The position numbers and the translations under genes were made by a program. The notes under the pieces are model-generated. The model had not been told where the DNA came from, did no database searches, and was given only the letters and a program-made list of their open reading frames with translations. A stretch of 64,000 bases of DNA, taken from positions 13,516,001-13,580,000 of the forward strand of contig OX597836.1 of the NCBI GenBank assembly GCA_951406725.2, in the 5' to 3' direction. This stretch comes from Octopus vulgaris (lineage: Eukaryota). Of the stretch, positions 1-16,578 are shown one piece after another (position 1 is the stretch's first letter; the number at the start of each line of letters is the position of its first letter).

Positions 1-97
1 CAGGCTGTTCCATAGCAGTGCTTCTTAAACTATCTGATGCGATGTACCGGCAGTCCTCCCCCCCCCCCCAAGTGCCAGGGATCGGTAATATTTCTTA

Positions 98-328
98 GGC
101 GAGTGAGCTGGCAGAATCGTTAGCACGCCGGGCGAAACGCTTAGCGGTTTTCGTCTGCCGTTACGTTCTGAGTTCAAATTCCGCCGAGGTCGACTTTGCC
201 TTTCATCCTTTCGGATTCGATTAAATAAGTACCAGTTGCGCACTGGGGTCGATGTAATCGACTTAATCCGTGTGTCTGTTCTTGTTTGTCCTCTCTATGT
301 TTAGCCCCTTGTGGGTAGTAAAGAAATA
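98..328 (+). mobile_element. tRNA-derived SINE family A, full length
   Basis: Head GGCGAGTGAGCTGGCAGAA (A box), GAGTTCAAATTCC (B box), central GTCGACTTTGCCTTTCATCCTTTCGG...AAGTACCAG, tail ...AAAGAAATA. More than 10 homologous copies in the window. Confidence 0.9.
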
Positions 329-345
329 GGTATTTCGGTCTGCCG

Positions 346-636
346 ATGAAAAGCAGAGTTGATCTCGGCGGAATTTGAACTCAGAACGTAACGGCAGACG
401 AAATACCTATTCCTTTACTGCCCACAAGGGGCTACACACAGAAGGGAAAAACAAGGTCGGGCAAAGAGATTAAGTCGATTACATCGACCCCAGTGCGTAA
501 CTGGTACTTAATTTATCGACCCGAAAGGATGAAAGGCAAAGTCGACCTCGGCGGAATTTGAACTCACAACGTAACGCAGACGAAATACCGCTACGCATTT
601 CGCCCGGTGTGCTAACGTTTCTGCCAGCTCGCCGCC
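346..636 (-). mobile_element. SINE family A (408-636) plus a partial second copy (346-407), inverted relative to 98-328
   Basis: Reverse complement matches the family A head, B box and tail. Confidence 0.9.
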
Positions 637-974
637 TTAACACAGATTGGAATGATGATATGCAAATTATTCCGTGATACATCTCCGCAAGAGACGTAAT
701 CGATTCCATTGGCCTTCAGCTCCCAGTGGTATTGAGAGAAGGAGAGAGAGAGAGAGTGAGAGAGACAGGGGGAGAGAAAGAGAAAGAGCGGTGGAATTAA
801 CTCTGTCTCTCTGTGGTTTTAAAGCAACGCAAGTGCTGTGTGTATCCGGTCTCGTAGGAAGACGAGAATCGTGACATTTTTGCATATTCTTCCCTGACCG
901 GAGTGAAGGGTATTTAAGATAACACTGACATTTCTTCATGTCAAACATAAAAAAAAGAAACTGCTCCCCCCCAC

Positions 975-1026
<52 letters not shown>

Positions 1027-1164
1027 TTAAACCCCAGCATTCTCATCTCCCTACAGGATGCAAACATACAAACATTTGCAGTTTTTTTGAAAGGATTTTC
1101 CTTGACGTAGATCCCCATGAGATCCTTCAGGGTTTTAGGGAGTTGGCAACATACATACATATAG

Positions 1165-1405
<241 letters not shown>

Positions 1406-1476
1406 ATAAACTATATGCATGTTTATATGTATAATATATAAATATTTATATAGATACATATATATATATATAAATA

Positions 1477-1655
1477 GGCGCAAGAGTGTGTGTGTGATGA
1501 GTAGATTGATTAGCAACCACAAGGTTCCGGGTTCAGTCCCACTGCGTGACACCTTGGGCAAGTGTCTACTGCTATAGCCTCGGACTGACCAAAGCCTTGT
1601 GAGTGGATTTGGTAGACAGAAGCTGAAAGAAGCCCGTCGTATATATGTGTGTGTT

Positions 1656-1745
<90 letters not shown>

Positions 1746-1957
1746 AGTGTGTGTTTGTCCCCATCACCGCTTGATAACCGTTATTGGTGTGTTTACGTCC
1801 TTGAAAAATAAGTTTTCGGCAAAAGACATCGACAGAATAAGTACCAGGCTTTAAAAAAGTCCTGGGGTCGACTTGTTCGACTAAAATCCTTTAAAGTAGT
1901 GCCCCAGCATGGCCGTAGCCTATTGACTGAAACCAGTAAAAAATAAAAGATAAAAGA
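1477..1957 (+). mobile_element. tRNA-derived SINE family B (CORE-like) with internal (TA)/(TG) microsatellite
   Basis: GGTTCAGTCCC B box, CORE-like CCTTGGGCAAGTGTC, internal TG run, tail ...CAGCATGGCC...GACTGAAAC-(AGTAAAAG)n. About 10 copies in the window. Confidence 0.88.
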
Positions 1958-2493
1958 TGTATGTGTTCCTGTGTATGGTATCTGTGTGTGTATGTATGTG
2001 TTTATGTGTGTGTATACACATTCCCATACATATAAATTAGCATTTACAACCTAAAGTAGATATGATGTTCATGACGCCGTAAGTTGCGGTGAACGTCCTA
2101 AAAAGTCTTTTCATGTAGACATCAAATGCTAAACTGCCTCGAGATACTATCTGCTGACTAAATTTCGTTAGCACCGGTTGATTAATTTTCGTTACGATGG
2201 CTGCTCCCTTCGTTAATAGCTAATTTATATACAGCCTGCCAGCTTCTCGTGACATCACTGACAGCTTGGTCTGTATATATTCTATATAGCTTCGTCTGAT
2301 TTTCTCACTGGTATTCGGTATCTGGCGTCCTGCTGTTAAATTATTCGCAATACAATGAAACCACAAGATACAGAAACTACAAGATACAGAAGTTAAATCA
2401 ACCGATATAGGATTTCGAAAGTTTTTTAGCTTTTGCCGTCTACATGAAATGATTTTTCAGGACGTTCACCGCAGTCTAAGGCGTTATAGACTA

Positions 2494-3050
2494 TACATTC
2501 AGGTTAGATTGGATTACAATGTAACGGAGATAACGTACGCAGATGAATCCGTTTTGGTACAGATTGATCTTAAAATCTGTCACGCAAGGGCAGTTAGTTA
2601 TGACGTTCTCGTTCACTTCGTTGATCTTAGCAGTGCTTGAAAGTAAATAGAGTAGAGTGTGGGCGTCTCAAAAAGAAGAGATGGCTGCAGCCGCTCAAGA
2701 TATCCTTGATTGTGTCGAGAAAGACACCATTAAACTTTTTGAAAACGGTCATAATAGGTGACGAATCGTGAGTCTTTGGCCAAGAACCCGAAACCAAAGC
2801 AAATATGAAATCTAATTTGATAGGAACGAGATTTTAAGACATCGAGGGAATCCAAGAGAATGAGACGAGGCAGTTCCTCACAGTCCCACCAAAAGGAGTT
2901 CCATGAATTCTTCCATAAATGGAAACGGTGGTGAATCAGGTAGGTGGCTTCAGAAGGGGACTATTTCGAAGGAAATTTAATACCGAATTCATAAGAGTTG
3001 TAGTTTAATCTTTATAGCACCAGTCCTGCTACATTTTGGTCAAACCTGGA

Positions 3051-3055
<5 letters not shown>
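2494..3055 (+). mobile_element. Internally deleted mariner-like DNA transposon remnant
   Basis: Short terminal inverted repeats (TIRs) TACATTCAGGTT / AACCTGGAATGTA flanked by TA. 2820-2975 encodes a degenerate mariner C-terminus ending ...KEFHEFFHKWKRW..VASEGDYFEG. Confidence 0.7.
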
Positions 3056-3101
<46 letters not shown>

Positions 3102-3152
3102 GCAATAATAAATCTCTGAACGAGATGTAAACAGTAACCGCTCGACAACGTA

Positions 3153-3810
<658 letters not shown>

Positions 3811-4010
3811 TTAAGTAGTTGAATGAATTATCCTAGTATGGATAATTCGGTTAACCGATACCCGGGTAGCAAATTTACGTCAGAAAGCACGGTTGAAGCT
3901 ATATGCCAAGGGCAGAAATCATGTGCTTTCGTGTGGAAATTTGTGTGTATTTTTACTATAGATAAATGAAAGAATGGAGTCGAACGACGATTTAACAAAA
4001 TTCCTTTATT

Positions 4011-4083
4011 CTCGACACATGTTTCGAAGACTGCATATTCTTAATTCCGAAGGAATAAACGGTGCATTATGCCGTCTTCTCAT
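4011..4083 (-). ncRNA. 5'-truncated PLE-type hammerhead ribozyme motif
   Basis: Minus strand: ATGA-GAAGACGGCATA...TATGCAGTCTTC-GAAA-CATGTG-TC. Stem II pairs at 11 of 12 positions, but the CTG of the core is missing. Confidence 0.5.
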
Positions 4084-4429
4084 ATATCATACACGCACAT
4101 ACAAATATAATTTGGTTTATAATACTTCAAAATATTTGCTGTCAACTAGTTTCTATTCGTTTTGATATGAATTTGTAATGTTTTAGGATATTTCAAATTT
4201 TAATAGTTTTATTTGAAGGATCGCGTAACAAACAAACGAAGAACTCTTAAGTAGCAAATAAGTCATCGACTACGAACAAGTAAACAAACTCAACTATAAT
4301 AAATTATTCATTACGCATTTTTACTGCTTGTCCATCGCTCCCTCTCACTTTCTCTCTTTCTCTCCCTCTCGCTCGCTTTCTTTCCCTGTCTCTTTCTCAC
4401 TCTGCATGTGTATGTATATGTATATATAA

Positions 4430-4522
<93 letters not shown>

Positions 4523-5029
4523 AACAAATGTACAGTCTTACGGAGGACAGACACTCGAGGGACATATCCCAAGTATTCGGCAACTGCAGTTTCAGATTTC
4601 TTTCTAACAGTCGCCAAAATTTTTCTAATTCCATCGCACTGATCATGATGATATTGTTGCTGTTGTTGCTGTTATTGTTGGTGATACTGTAGCTGCGGCT
4701 GCTGCTATTGTTGTTATTACTATTGTTGTTGTTGTTGCTGTTGTTGTTGTTGTTGATGATGATGATGACGATGACGATGATAACAACGACCATGACGGCG
4801 ACGACGGCGACCACAATGGTGACTTGTAAAACTCAACAACAACTTTATTGAACATCATTGCAACACGTCCCAATTCTTCAAGAATTCCCTAACACATTTC
4901 AAAGAGAACACGTGGTAGAGATCCGTTTAGCTGAGATTTTAGGACTTCCACATCACAGGGGGTCTCAACTTACAAAAAAAAATGGCCATATTTCAAGCAG
5001 GTTGGGTTTCGTTTTAAACAAGACCTATT

Positions 5030-6440
<1,411 letters not shown>

Positions 6441-6854
6441 TGCATCGCGGAATCCGCATCGGTTTCTTTCAAATTCTCCATTTTTTGAAGCGATATCAGA
6501 ATAGCACCGAGAAGAAGTTTTGGGAGAGTAGGGCGGGCGGGTGGCCGGGTATCAGGGTGGAAGGATGGAAGTGATATAAGGGCAGAAGGGTAGAAGCGCG
6601 GGTCGGGTGGGGATGTAATGGAGGAGGTGAGAACATTGCAGATTATGGCGAGTCTGGTAAATAATTCTTCTTATCTGGTAAACCAGTCAACTTATCTGGT
6701 GACCTGAAACAGAATTAGCTGCACCGTTTGTTTGTTTTTTTGTTTTTCGTTTTTCTTTTGACACATACAAAAACACACGGAGGAGACAAATATGGCACAT
6801 GTGTTATACACGCACAAATACCCAAGCACGAATGCACACACACACACACACATT

Positions 6855-6885
<31 letters not shown>

Positions 6886-6914
6886 TTATATATATATAGG
6901 TATGTGTATATACT

Positions 6915-6969
<55 letters not shown>

Positions 6970-7137
6970 ATATGTATATGTTTGTATGTATGTACACACA
7001 TACACAGAAACACACACACACATATCTGTGTGTGTGTATATATATATATATATTTATATATATAGGTATGTATATATATTTAAGTATGTATATATATATG
7101 TTTGTATGTATGTACATACACATATACCTACCTACAT

Positions 7138-7187
<50 letters not shown>

Positions 7188-7319
7188 TGTTTAGTAAAGA
7201 AAGAGATTGCTCTTTCCAGGGATGGCTTACATCATCCAAGCTTCCTCCGGTTTATCCAGGACGACCAGCTTGCTTTCTGTGTCCACTAAGATTGTCTTGA
7301 TTTCTTAATCCAGGCCTTT

Positions 7320-8100
7320 CCGGAATAAAACCACAATTCCTCCGCCTCATCTACAACAGAAAACTACAAGAAATGAAAGCTGCTGCTTTGCGCCTGCAGC
7401 CAAGAGTTCCCTTCTGAAGAAGCAAAGGAACACTCCACAGTGCCTTTTGAAAACAAACGAGTTGGTGCTGCTACCACCATAAATGGGTCGACGTACTTCA
7501 AAAATGGGGGAGGTCCCACCGGAAATCGACGTGGTGTGGCTTGTGGCGGCTGTCTTGATTTGGAAAGCAGTATTTCCATACTGCAAGTCACAAAGCTACA
7601 CCAACAAAACTGGTGCGGGGGGGGGGCCAATGTCTGGAGCTAACAGTCCAGGCCACCCAGAGGGACCTGGAAGAAAAACAAGAGCATATAATACTACCGG
7701 ACGAAACCTTACTAAGAGTCATAGCGGAGGGAAAAGTGCTTTAAGTGTGGGTAAAAGGGTCACATAAAAACCACGTGGCTACAGGTCCTACAACCAGAAG
7801 CACCCACTCCATCTAGCAACCCACTACAGAAAGCAAGGGGGAGCCAACTAGCACCGCGACGAAACAATCCATCAACCCACCACAAACTGTCGATCTAAAG
7901 GAAGAGAGAAGAAAGTCAATCAGAAAGTCAATGGAATAACCCACCAACCCACCACGGACTGACAACACCCCACCAAAAAAGAAGTCGACCAACACCACGA
8001 TGAGACAACATATTAACCCACCACAAACTGAGAACCCGAAAGAAAAAAGAAGTCGACTAACACCACGATAAAGCAACCCACATCAAAGTGCCTCAGAGGG
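7320..8100 (+). pseudogene. Decayed retroelement ORF1/Gag-like remnant with zinc knuckle
   Basis: 7737-7778 reads C-F-K-C-G-*-K-G-H-I-K-T-T-W (degenerate CX2CX4HX4C). Followed by short imperfect repeats containing AACCCACCAC. Confidence 0.55.
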
Positions 8101-8143
8101 AAGCGGAGAACCCCAAGATATATATATATTGATATGCATATAC

Positions 8144-8211
<68 letters not shown>

Positions 8212-8276
8212 GTGTATGTGTGTGTGTTTGTATATATGTGTGTGTGTGCATACATAAATACATACATACATATATA

Positions 8277-8400
8277 TATCACCGTGATCACTTTGACCGA
8301 CCAGGTATCAGATGTTGCTAGACATCGCTGGTCACAATGCGCTTCGCATTGTTTTAGCCTTCAAATGACGCCACCCCACTGGCTAGGCGAGCAGGCCACA
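8277..8400 (-). mobile_element. 3' fragment of an interspersed repeat (second copy at 52829-52936)
   Basis: Reverse-complement homology to 52829-52936. Confidence 0.7.
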
Positions 8401-8436
8401 TACATATATATATATATATATATATATGTATATGCT

Positions 8437-8766
8437 GAAACCCCCTTCGGTCATGACACAGATCATGGGATTGCTCCTAGAAAGTTACCTTCCCAAGCAC
8501 AAGTCCGGGCAAGGTTGTTCATAGAAGACCAACAGTTGCCCATGTATATCAGCTTCCCCTCTGATGTTATCCAAGGGAAAGGCAAAGGGGCCGATACAGC
8601 TTGGCACCCGTGACGTCGCAACTCGTTTCTACAGCTGAGTGAACTGAATCAACGTGAAATAAAGTGTCTTGCTCAAGAACACAACACGCGGCCCGGTCCG
8701 AGATTCGAGCTCACAACCTCACGATCGTAAGCTCGACGCTGTAACCACTGAGCCATGCGTCTTCAC
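8437..8766 (-). mobile_element. tRNA-derived SINE family C
   Basis: Head TGGCTCAGTGGTT (A box), B-box region, TTGAGCAAGACACTT, tail CATGACCGAAGGGGGT. 5 copies in the window. Confidence 0.9.
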
Positions 8767-9003
8767 GCACACACACACACACACACATATATTAAGCTCG
8801 TCCAGTGACCTCTTACTCTGGAGCAGCTTATATTAACTACTATACTGTACGTTTCTACTAAGAGAACTCCTTTTTCTTGTTATCCGATACACGCATACAT
8901 ACGTACATACATACTATCATACAAGCATACATACCTACGTAGATACATACATACATACATACATACATACATACATACATACATACATACATACATACAT
9001 ACA

Positions 9004-9039
<36 letters not shown>

Positions 9040-9628
9040 CACATGGGCGCAGTGTTGGCTCGGTGAATAGGAAGTTTCGTAACCACTTCATTTCATGTCC
9101 CGTCCCACTGACGGCTTTCGAACTGCGCCTGTGAAGAAATTTGATAGACGAAAACTCTACGTAATCCTTTTGGCTACGTCTGTGTGAATCCATGCATACA
9201 TTCATGTCCCGTCAGACATGTTTATATTTGATTTACATAAGGGGAAATACGTTCTTAGATAGTTATCCAAGCCGCCTTTGCGAAATGACATCATTCTCCT
9301 TTCTTCCTCACCGCTCCTCGCATCTGACACTCCGTTCCGCTTTTAATCCTTCATTTTATTCTTTTCTTCTCAAAACTCATTCTCTATTCATCTCTATCTG
9401 CCTCCCTTTCTCCCTCTCTTATTGGTCTTCTCTGAAACGCGTCCACCTGATGAATGTGAAAGCTATTATTTTCACACGAAACTCCGACTCATGACAATTG
9501 TTTGTTAGGATCGTCAAAAGACTATATTATACATACATAAATATATATAGCTTTTATCTTTTATTTGTTTCATTAGATTGCAGCCTTGGTAGGGTACTGC
9601 CTTGAAGAATTTTTAGTTAATTGAATTG

Positions 9629-9666
<38 letters not shown>

Positions 9667-9763
9667 CGGGAAGGTTTACGAAAATAAACAAAAGACGAAG
9701 GCAGGTGGAGTACAAACAAACAAATGTATTAGTATGGCGCCCAGGAATAGAAATAGAACAAGT

Positions 9764-9799
9764 CTTTTACGTTTCGAGCCTACGCTCTTCGACAGAAAG
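9764..9799 (-). ncRNA. Minimal PLE-type hammerhead motif within a pseudo-LTR (pLTR)-like fragment (9665-9830)
   Basis: CTTT-CTGTCGA-A-GAGC gtag GCTC-GAAA-CG-TA-AAAG. Stems I and II are perfect, core A6 is substituted. Confidence 0.6.
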
Positions 9800-9945
9800 A
9801 TACACAGAAAAAAAACAAGGAGAGAAAAATGCATATACCTATGCATATACATGTATGTATATATGTATATATAAACACACAGGCACACCACCTACATACA
9901 CACATATACATACATGCACACGTGTATATATATATATATATATAT

Positions 9946-10160
<215 letters not shown>

Positions 10161-10441
10161 TATAGATATTACCCAATGTAAGTACTCGGTACTTGAGCTG
10201 TAGAATTTGTTGAGAGTTCCTTGACTTGCGTCTGTTTTAGAAGTAGCCTCCCGAATTAAATACCACAAGGAACGTAAGCCGAGTTACGCCGGAATACTCA
10301 CATTGTTCACTAAGCCTCTTACCTTTTTTTTTCCAAACTAGGAACTTTCAATAATACTGAGGCTTTTCAACCTCTTATCCGTATTCCTTCTTACCACAAG
10401 CTACTTACCAGACAGCCATGCCTGTGTCTGATATATAAATA

Positions 10442-10838
10442 GGGAAGGGAGGAAGCACTCCGTCGGTTACGACGACGAGGGTTCCGGTTGATCCGAATCA
10501 ACGAAACAACCTGCTCGTGAAATTAACGTGTAAGTGGCTGAGCACTCCACAGACACGTGTACCCTTAACGTAGTTCTCGGGGATATTCAGCGTGACACAG
10601 AGAGTGACAAGGCCTGCCCTTTGAAATACAGGTACAACAGAAACAGGAAGTAAGAGTGAGAGAAAGTTGTGGTGAAAGAGTACAGCAGGGATCACCACAA
10701 TCCCCTGCCGGAGCCTCGTGGAGCTTTTTTAGGTGTTTTCGCTCAATAAACACTCACAACGCCCGGTCTGGGAATCGAAGCCGCGATCCTATGACCGCGA
10801 GTCCGCTGCCCTAACCACTGGGCCATTGCGCCTCCACC
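10442..10838 (-). mobile_element. tRNA-derived SINE family D, full length with TSD
   Basis: Head GGAGGCGCAATGGCCCAGTGGTTAGG. TSD GATATATAAATA at 10430-10441 and 10839-10850. Near-identical to the copies at 14717 and 59345. Confidence 0.93.
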
Positions 10839-11559
10839 GATATATAAATATATAGTCATAAAATGCTCAATGTCATAAAAACCGAGCTACGTCTTAAAAA
10901 CAAAGCACGTCCAGTTTAAATTCGCTTGCAGATAAACTACCCTGAGATAAACTATTTGAATTAAAAGGTTATGAAGATAATTCGTCCCGTTATAGCAACA
11001 CAGAGGGGGAGCGAACAAGGTGTATATTGTTACTTAAGTGAATACTATATTCACATAACTCTGTCTCTGGGACATAAGCTGCGATGTCACGATTCCTTTA
11101 TACATCGGAAGGAAACAGCACAGCGTGATTTACAAAAACAAGTAGGGTACATACGTACATGGGTACACACTTACGTGCATAGGTAGATACATACGTTCAC
11201 AAACACACACACACACATATACATACATACATACATACATACATACGTACGTACGTACGACCATACATACATACATACATACATACATACATACATACAT
11301 ACATACATACATACATACATACACACATACATACATACATACATATATGCATAACACAAATGGGCTGAGGTTCACTACAGCTGTTTCAGACGCGTTTTTT
11401 TTTAATGAACAAATCCTGAAAATAATTGTGTGTGAGTATGTGTGTGTGTGTGCGCGCGTATATATGTCTGTATGTATGTATATATAAAGTAATACTTTAA
11501 TATAAACTCAAATGTAAATATTTGTGTTTTTCTGTGCTGTGTGTGTGTGCGCGTGCAAC

Positions 11560-11596
<37 letters not shown>

Positions 11597-11676
11597 ATGT
11601 GTATGTATGTATGTATGTATGTATGTATGTGTGTGTGTATGTATGTATATATGCATGAATATATTATATATATATG

Positions 11677-11776
<100 letters not shown>

Positions 11777-11863
11777 CATATATATATAATATATTCATGC
11801 ATATATACATACATACACACACATACATACATACATACATACATACATACATACATACATACA

Positions 11864-11897
<34 letters not shown>

Positions 11898-12583
11898 CAT
11901 ACATACATACATACTTACATACATACATACATATTTATATATATATATATATATGGCACACACGCGTACAACAATTGTTAGATAAATACATAAAACACAA
12001 TATAAACAAAACAAAACAAAACAAATGTCAAACCTTATACATTTGTAAATATCGGTTTGATGTCTGAAGCAAAATAAGAACACGATTCTTCAAATGGTAA
12101 TTGAGCCACGCAAAGATTGTTTATTTGGTAAACGTGCTGCCATTAAACAACTCGCAGAGTTTACAGTTCCAATTTGCGTAAGATATCTACACAATTTTAA
12201 ATTGCTGTTATGAAATATATATATATGCTCCACGTTTAATTTGAATTCGTCAGCAAAATTATAAACGCAAGGATAGAATGACATTAATCTTAAGATATTT
12301 CGTAAAAAACGTCTTACGATGCCCAAGATATCTCTCATTATGGTAACAAGTGAGGAGAACTAAACTTGGTGTTCTATGCTTTTTCTGGTAGACCTCTTGT
12401 GAGGTCAAAGGTGCAACCAAGATAGAGGGGCCAAAGAGATGCGTGCAATGGGCGCCTCTGACTCCTTGCCATCGTATCCGTTGTTTTGGCTTTTAATCTA
12501 GAATGATGTTTACTAATTATATTGCCTTTAATGTACATGACTACCCATTATATATATATGGGTGCGCGCGTGAGTGTGTGTGT

Positions 12584-12614
<31 letters not shown>

Positions 12615-12715
12615 CCTATGCGTGTGTATACAATAATATATGTTCCTGATTAAACACATATACATATACAGAGCACATTGATTGATACATACACAAACAC
12701 ACACATATACACACA

Positions 12716-12822
<107 letters not shown>

Positions 12823-12869
12823 GCATCAACGTACATATACGTATTGCAGAAGTAGTAGCCGTAGTAGTT

Positions 12870-12928
<59 letters not shown>

Positions 12929-13032
12929 TGCAGCAGCAGCAACGAACATCCTGTAAATGCAACGTGACTATTTATTCGTACGAAGTTTTCAAAAGACATA
13001 AGACAAAATTATTAATTCAATTATTGATAATA

Positions 13033-13690
13033 TATCAGGTCATTAAGAATGAAATAATGTTCGATTTTGAACTGAAAGTTTATTTTACTTTATCTCAACA
13101 AAAAACCTATGCAGTAAATCGAAGTATGCACGTAAATTATCAATAGAATTTTCCCATTTTATCACTAGCTTATTTATGCTGGCAGCGAAGAATTCTGGAG
13201 AGTAAAAAGTTATGAAGTCACGAAAGGCTGTTTTTGTATCTTCTTCAGATTTGAAGTTTTTTCCTTGCAAAAAGTTGTCTAATTCCTGGAAAACATGATT
13301 GTCGGCTGGTGCAAGGTCTGGTGAATATGGTGGATGACAGAGTACTTCCAAATTCAGTTCCTTTAACTTGAGTAGCATTCTTTGTGCACCATGTGGTCAA
13401 GCATTGTCTTTCAAGAGAATTGGCCTGTCTCTATTGACCAATCTCGGTTGTTTAATTGCAAGTTCACTCATCATTTCATCCAATTGGTTGACCTATACAT
13501 TCGCTGTAATTGACTCACCAAGTCTCACGAAGCTGTAGTGGATGATACAAGCGCTGGACCACCAAACAGACTCCATTAGCTTTTTTTTTGTGTGAATATC
13601 TTTTTGGGGGTTGTGTTTTGACACTTCGTCTCTATCCAACCACCGTGCGGAACGCTTGCTATTGTTGAAAAGAATTTGCTTTTCATCTAC
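13033..13690 (-). pseudogene. Mariner transposase remnant (catalytic domain and 3' end)
   Basis: DEKQILFNN...VWWSSACIIHY...KDNA*PH...HPPYSPDLAPADNHVF...AYFD, with internal stops. Confidence 0.92.
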
Positions 13691-13691
13691 T

Positions 13692-14397
13692 ATGTATGTA
13701 TGTATGTATGTATGTATGTATGTATGTATGTATGTATGTATGTATGTATGTATGTATGTATGTATGTATGTATGTATGTATGCATGTATGTATGTGTGTA
13801 TGTATGTATGTATGTGTGTATGTATGTATGTGTGTATGTAAGTATGTACGTACGTACGTACGTACGTATGTATGTATGTATGTATGTATGTATGTATGTA
13901 TGTATGTATGTACGTACGTACGTATGTATGTATGTACGTACGTACGTATGTATGTATGTACGTACGTACGTACGTACGTATGTATGTATGTATGTATGTA
14001 CAAACGTACGTACGTACGTATGTATGTATGTATGTATGTATGTATGTATGTATGTATGTATGCATGTATGTATGTATGTACGTACGTACGTACGTACGTA
14101 TGTATGTATGTATGTACGTACGTACGTACGTACGTATGTATGTATGTATGTATGTATGTATGTATGTACGTACGTACGTACGTATGTATGTATGTATGTA
14201 TGTACGTACGTACGTACGTACGTATGTATGTATGTATGTATGTATGTATGTATGTATGTACGTACGTATGTATGTATGTATGTATGTATGTATGTATGTA
14301 TGGATGGATGTACGTACGTACGTACGTATGTATGTATGTATGTATGTATGTATGTATGTATGTATGTATGTATGTATGTATGTATGTACGTACGTAT
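13692..14397. repeat. (TATG)n/(TACG)n tetranucleotide array
   Basis: About 700 bp, abutting and truncating the mariner. Confidence 0.97.
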
Positions 14398-14716
14398 CAA
14401 AGGGCGGATAAACTCATGGAAGTCAACAGGCTTAATCCTGCTATTTCACATGGGCAGTGGTAGCTCCTGCGGCATCCACCGACAAACTTGTGCCTTTGGT
14501 GCAGAAAAGAGTGGCTGCGGAGAAGATCGAAACGTTTCCAACATTGGGCAGGCACAACAGTGGAACATAAGAATGATAATGTTGGCACATTAGAGAATGT
14601 ACTACATTAATGGGAATGAGAGACCCCTAATCCTTGCTAGGACATCACACTAGGAGAAGGAAAATTAGCCAATGATGCTAACTCTTCTTTTTGACGTATC
14701 TGTCATCATAATTCAT

Positions 14717-15106
14717 GGATGGAAGCACTCCGTCGGTTACGACGACGAGGGTTCCGGTTGATCCGAATCAACGGAACAGCCTGCTCGTGAAATTAACGTG
14801 TAAGTGGCTGAGCACTCCACAGACACGTGTACCCTTAACGTAGTTCTCGGGGATATTCAGCGTGACACAGAGAGTGACAAGGCCGGCCCCTTTGAAATAC
14901 AGGTACAACAGAAACAGGAAGTAAGAGTAAGAGAAAGTTGTGGTGAAAGAGTACAGCAGGGATCACCACCATCCCCTGCCGGAGCCGCGTGGAGCTTTAG
15001 GTGTTTTCGCTCAATAAACACTCACAACGCCCGGTCTGGGAATCGAAACCGCGATCCTATGACCGCGAGTCCGCTGCCCTAACCACTGGGCCATTGCGCC
15101 TCCACG
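14717..15106 (-). mobile_element. SINE family D with TSD
   Basis: TSD TCATAATTCAT at 14706-14716 and 15107-15117. Confidence 0.93.
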
Positions 15107-16020
15107 TCATAATTCATAGAGTGTGATTGGTTGTGTGCAAGGCTTCTCCTCATCATAAAAAGGCATCGCATGGCATAAAAGCATCGTAACGAGAGCGATT
15201 CCTAACTGCTTCAAGTGATGGTTATACTGGAGAACGAGGAAGCTGCCATCATGTACGTCTGTAGGAATTGATAAGCTTTTGTTTAGTGTCGCCGAATTTT
15301 CTTCTGCAGTGCATAATACAAAATCAAAATCTTTTTTGGCAAACGTCTAGCCACTTCGGCAAGATTTTGCGAAAGTTCTGGGAACAGATATCTCCAGCAA
15401 ATTAACCTGATAGGGGCCGGGATATTAAGCCTGTTTACTGCTGGTTTGTTGCTTTCGGTGTCAGTGTCTACGTAAATGTTCCCTTTTAAAGTAGCTACAC
15501 CCTTTACCGTCTCTTATCGTAACCATACAGATAAGCTTATATAGAATCTCGCATATCACTCTGATATAAATAACAAACACTTTATAAGCCAACCTTCCTC
15601 AACTTTCCTTCTTTCTTTCCCGTATGTCGAACTTCTGAGAAAGCAATAACCTCATTTTTGCTTCGTTTAAGGTTTTCTAAATACAGTTAAGCTCTGAAAT
15701 TTGCCATGGAAGTAACTCAATACATCTGAGGTAAATTATCTCCTTTGCATTATCTTGCGTATAACAAGAAGTTTGCACTTGCAAAATGGTCAATTAAAAA
15801 TGCATGCATGTAGTGATATGCTCTTTACTCTTTTGCTCTTTTACTTGTTTCAGTCATTTGACTGCGGCCATGCTGGTAAATAAAATATATACCAGCTGAG
15901 CACTAGGGATTGTTGTAATCGTCTTGCCTCCCATCCCGAAATTGCTGGCCTTGTGTGCCAAAATTTGAAATCAGAATAGGCATAACTTCGGTTATAGGAC
16001 TCGTGGTGAAGTTTTTTTTA

Positions 16021-16348
16021 GTGAAGATGCATGGCTCAGTGGTTAGAGCGTCGAGCTTACAATCACAAGGTAATGAGTTTGATTCCTGGACCAGGTTGTG
16101 TGTTGTTTTCTTGAGCAAGACACTTTATTTCATCTTGCTCCAGTTCACACAGCTGCAGAAATGAGTTGTGACGTCACAGGTGCCAAGCTGTATCGACCTT
16201 TGCAAATAACACTGGTGGCGTGGAGAGGAGAGACCGGTATGCATGGGTGACTGCTGGTCTTCCATAAACAACCTTGCCCGGACTTGTGCCTCGAAGGGTA
16301 ACTTTCTAGGTGCAATCCCATGGTCACTCATGACCGAAGGGGAGTCTC
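16021..16348 (+). mobile_element. SINE family C
   Basis: Homology to other C copies. Flanking direct repeat GGTGAAGTTTTT. Confidence 0.9.
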
Positions 16349-16578
16349 AGCAATCTCAGGTGAAGTTTTTAGGCTTCTTTTATTTTTACAAAAAAAAAAA
16401 AGTGCGCCTAATATACCATCAAATACGATCGTTCATATTCTAGCGTATCTCTCCTCTATACAATCTATAAAATGACCACTTATAGGAAACTCTGAAGTGG
16501 TTGATTGGCAATAAATTATTACGCATGATGAAACACACTTCATGACCAAGAGTTATATATAACGCCTGTATGTAATAA

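Noticed and set aside
15130-15480. Possible RTE reverse transcriptase remnant on the minus strand
   Set aside because: Motif similarity is too degraded to support.
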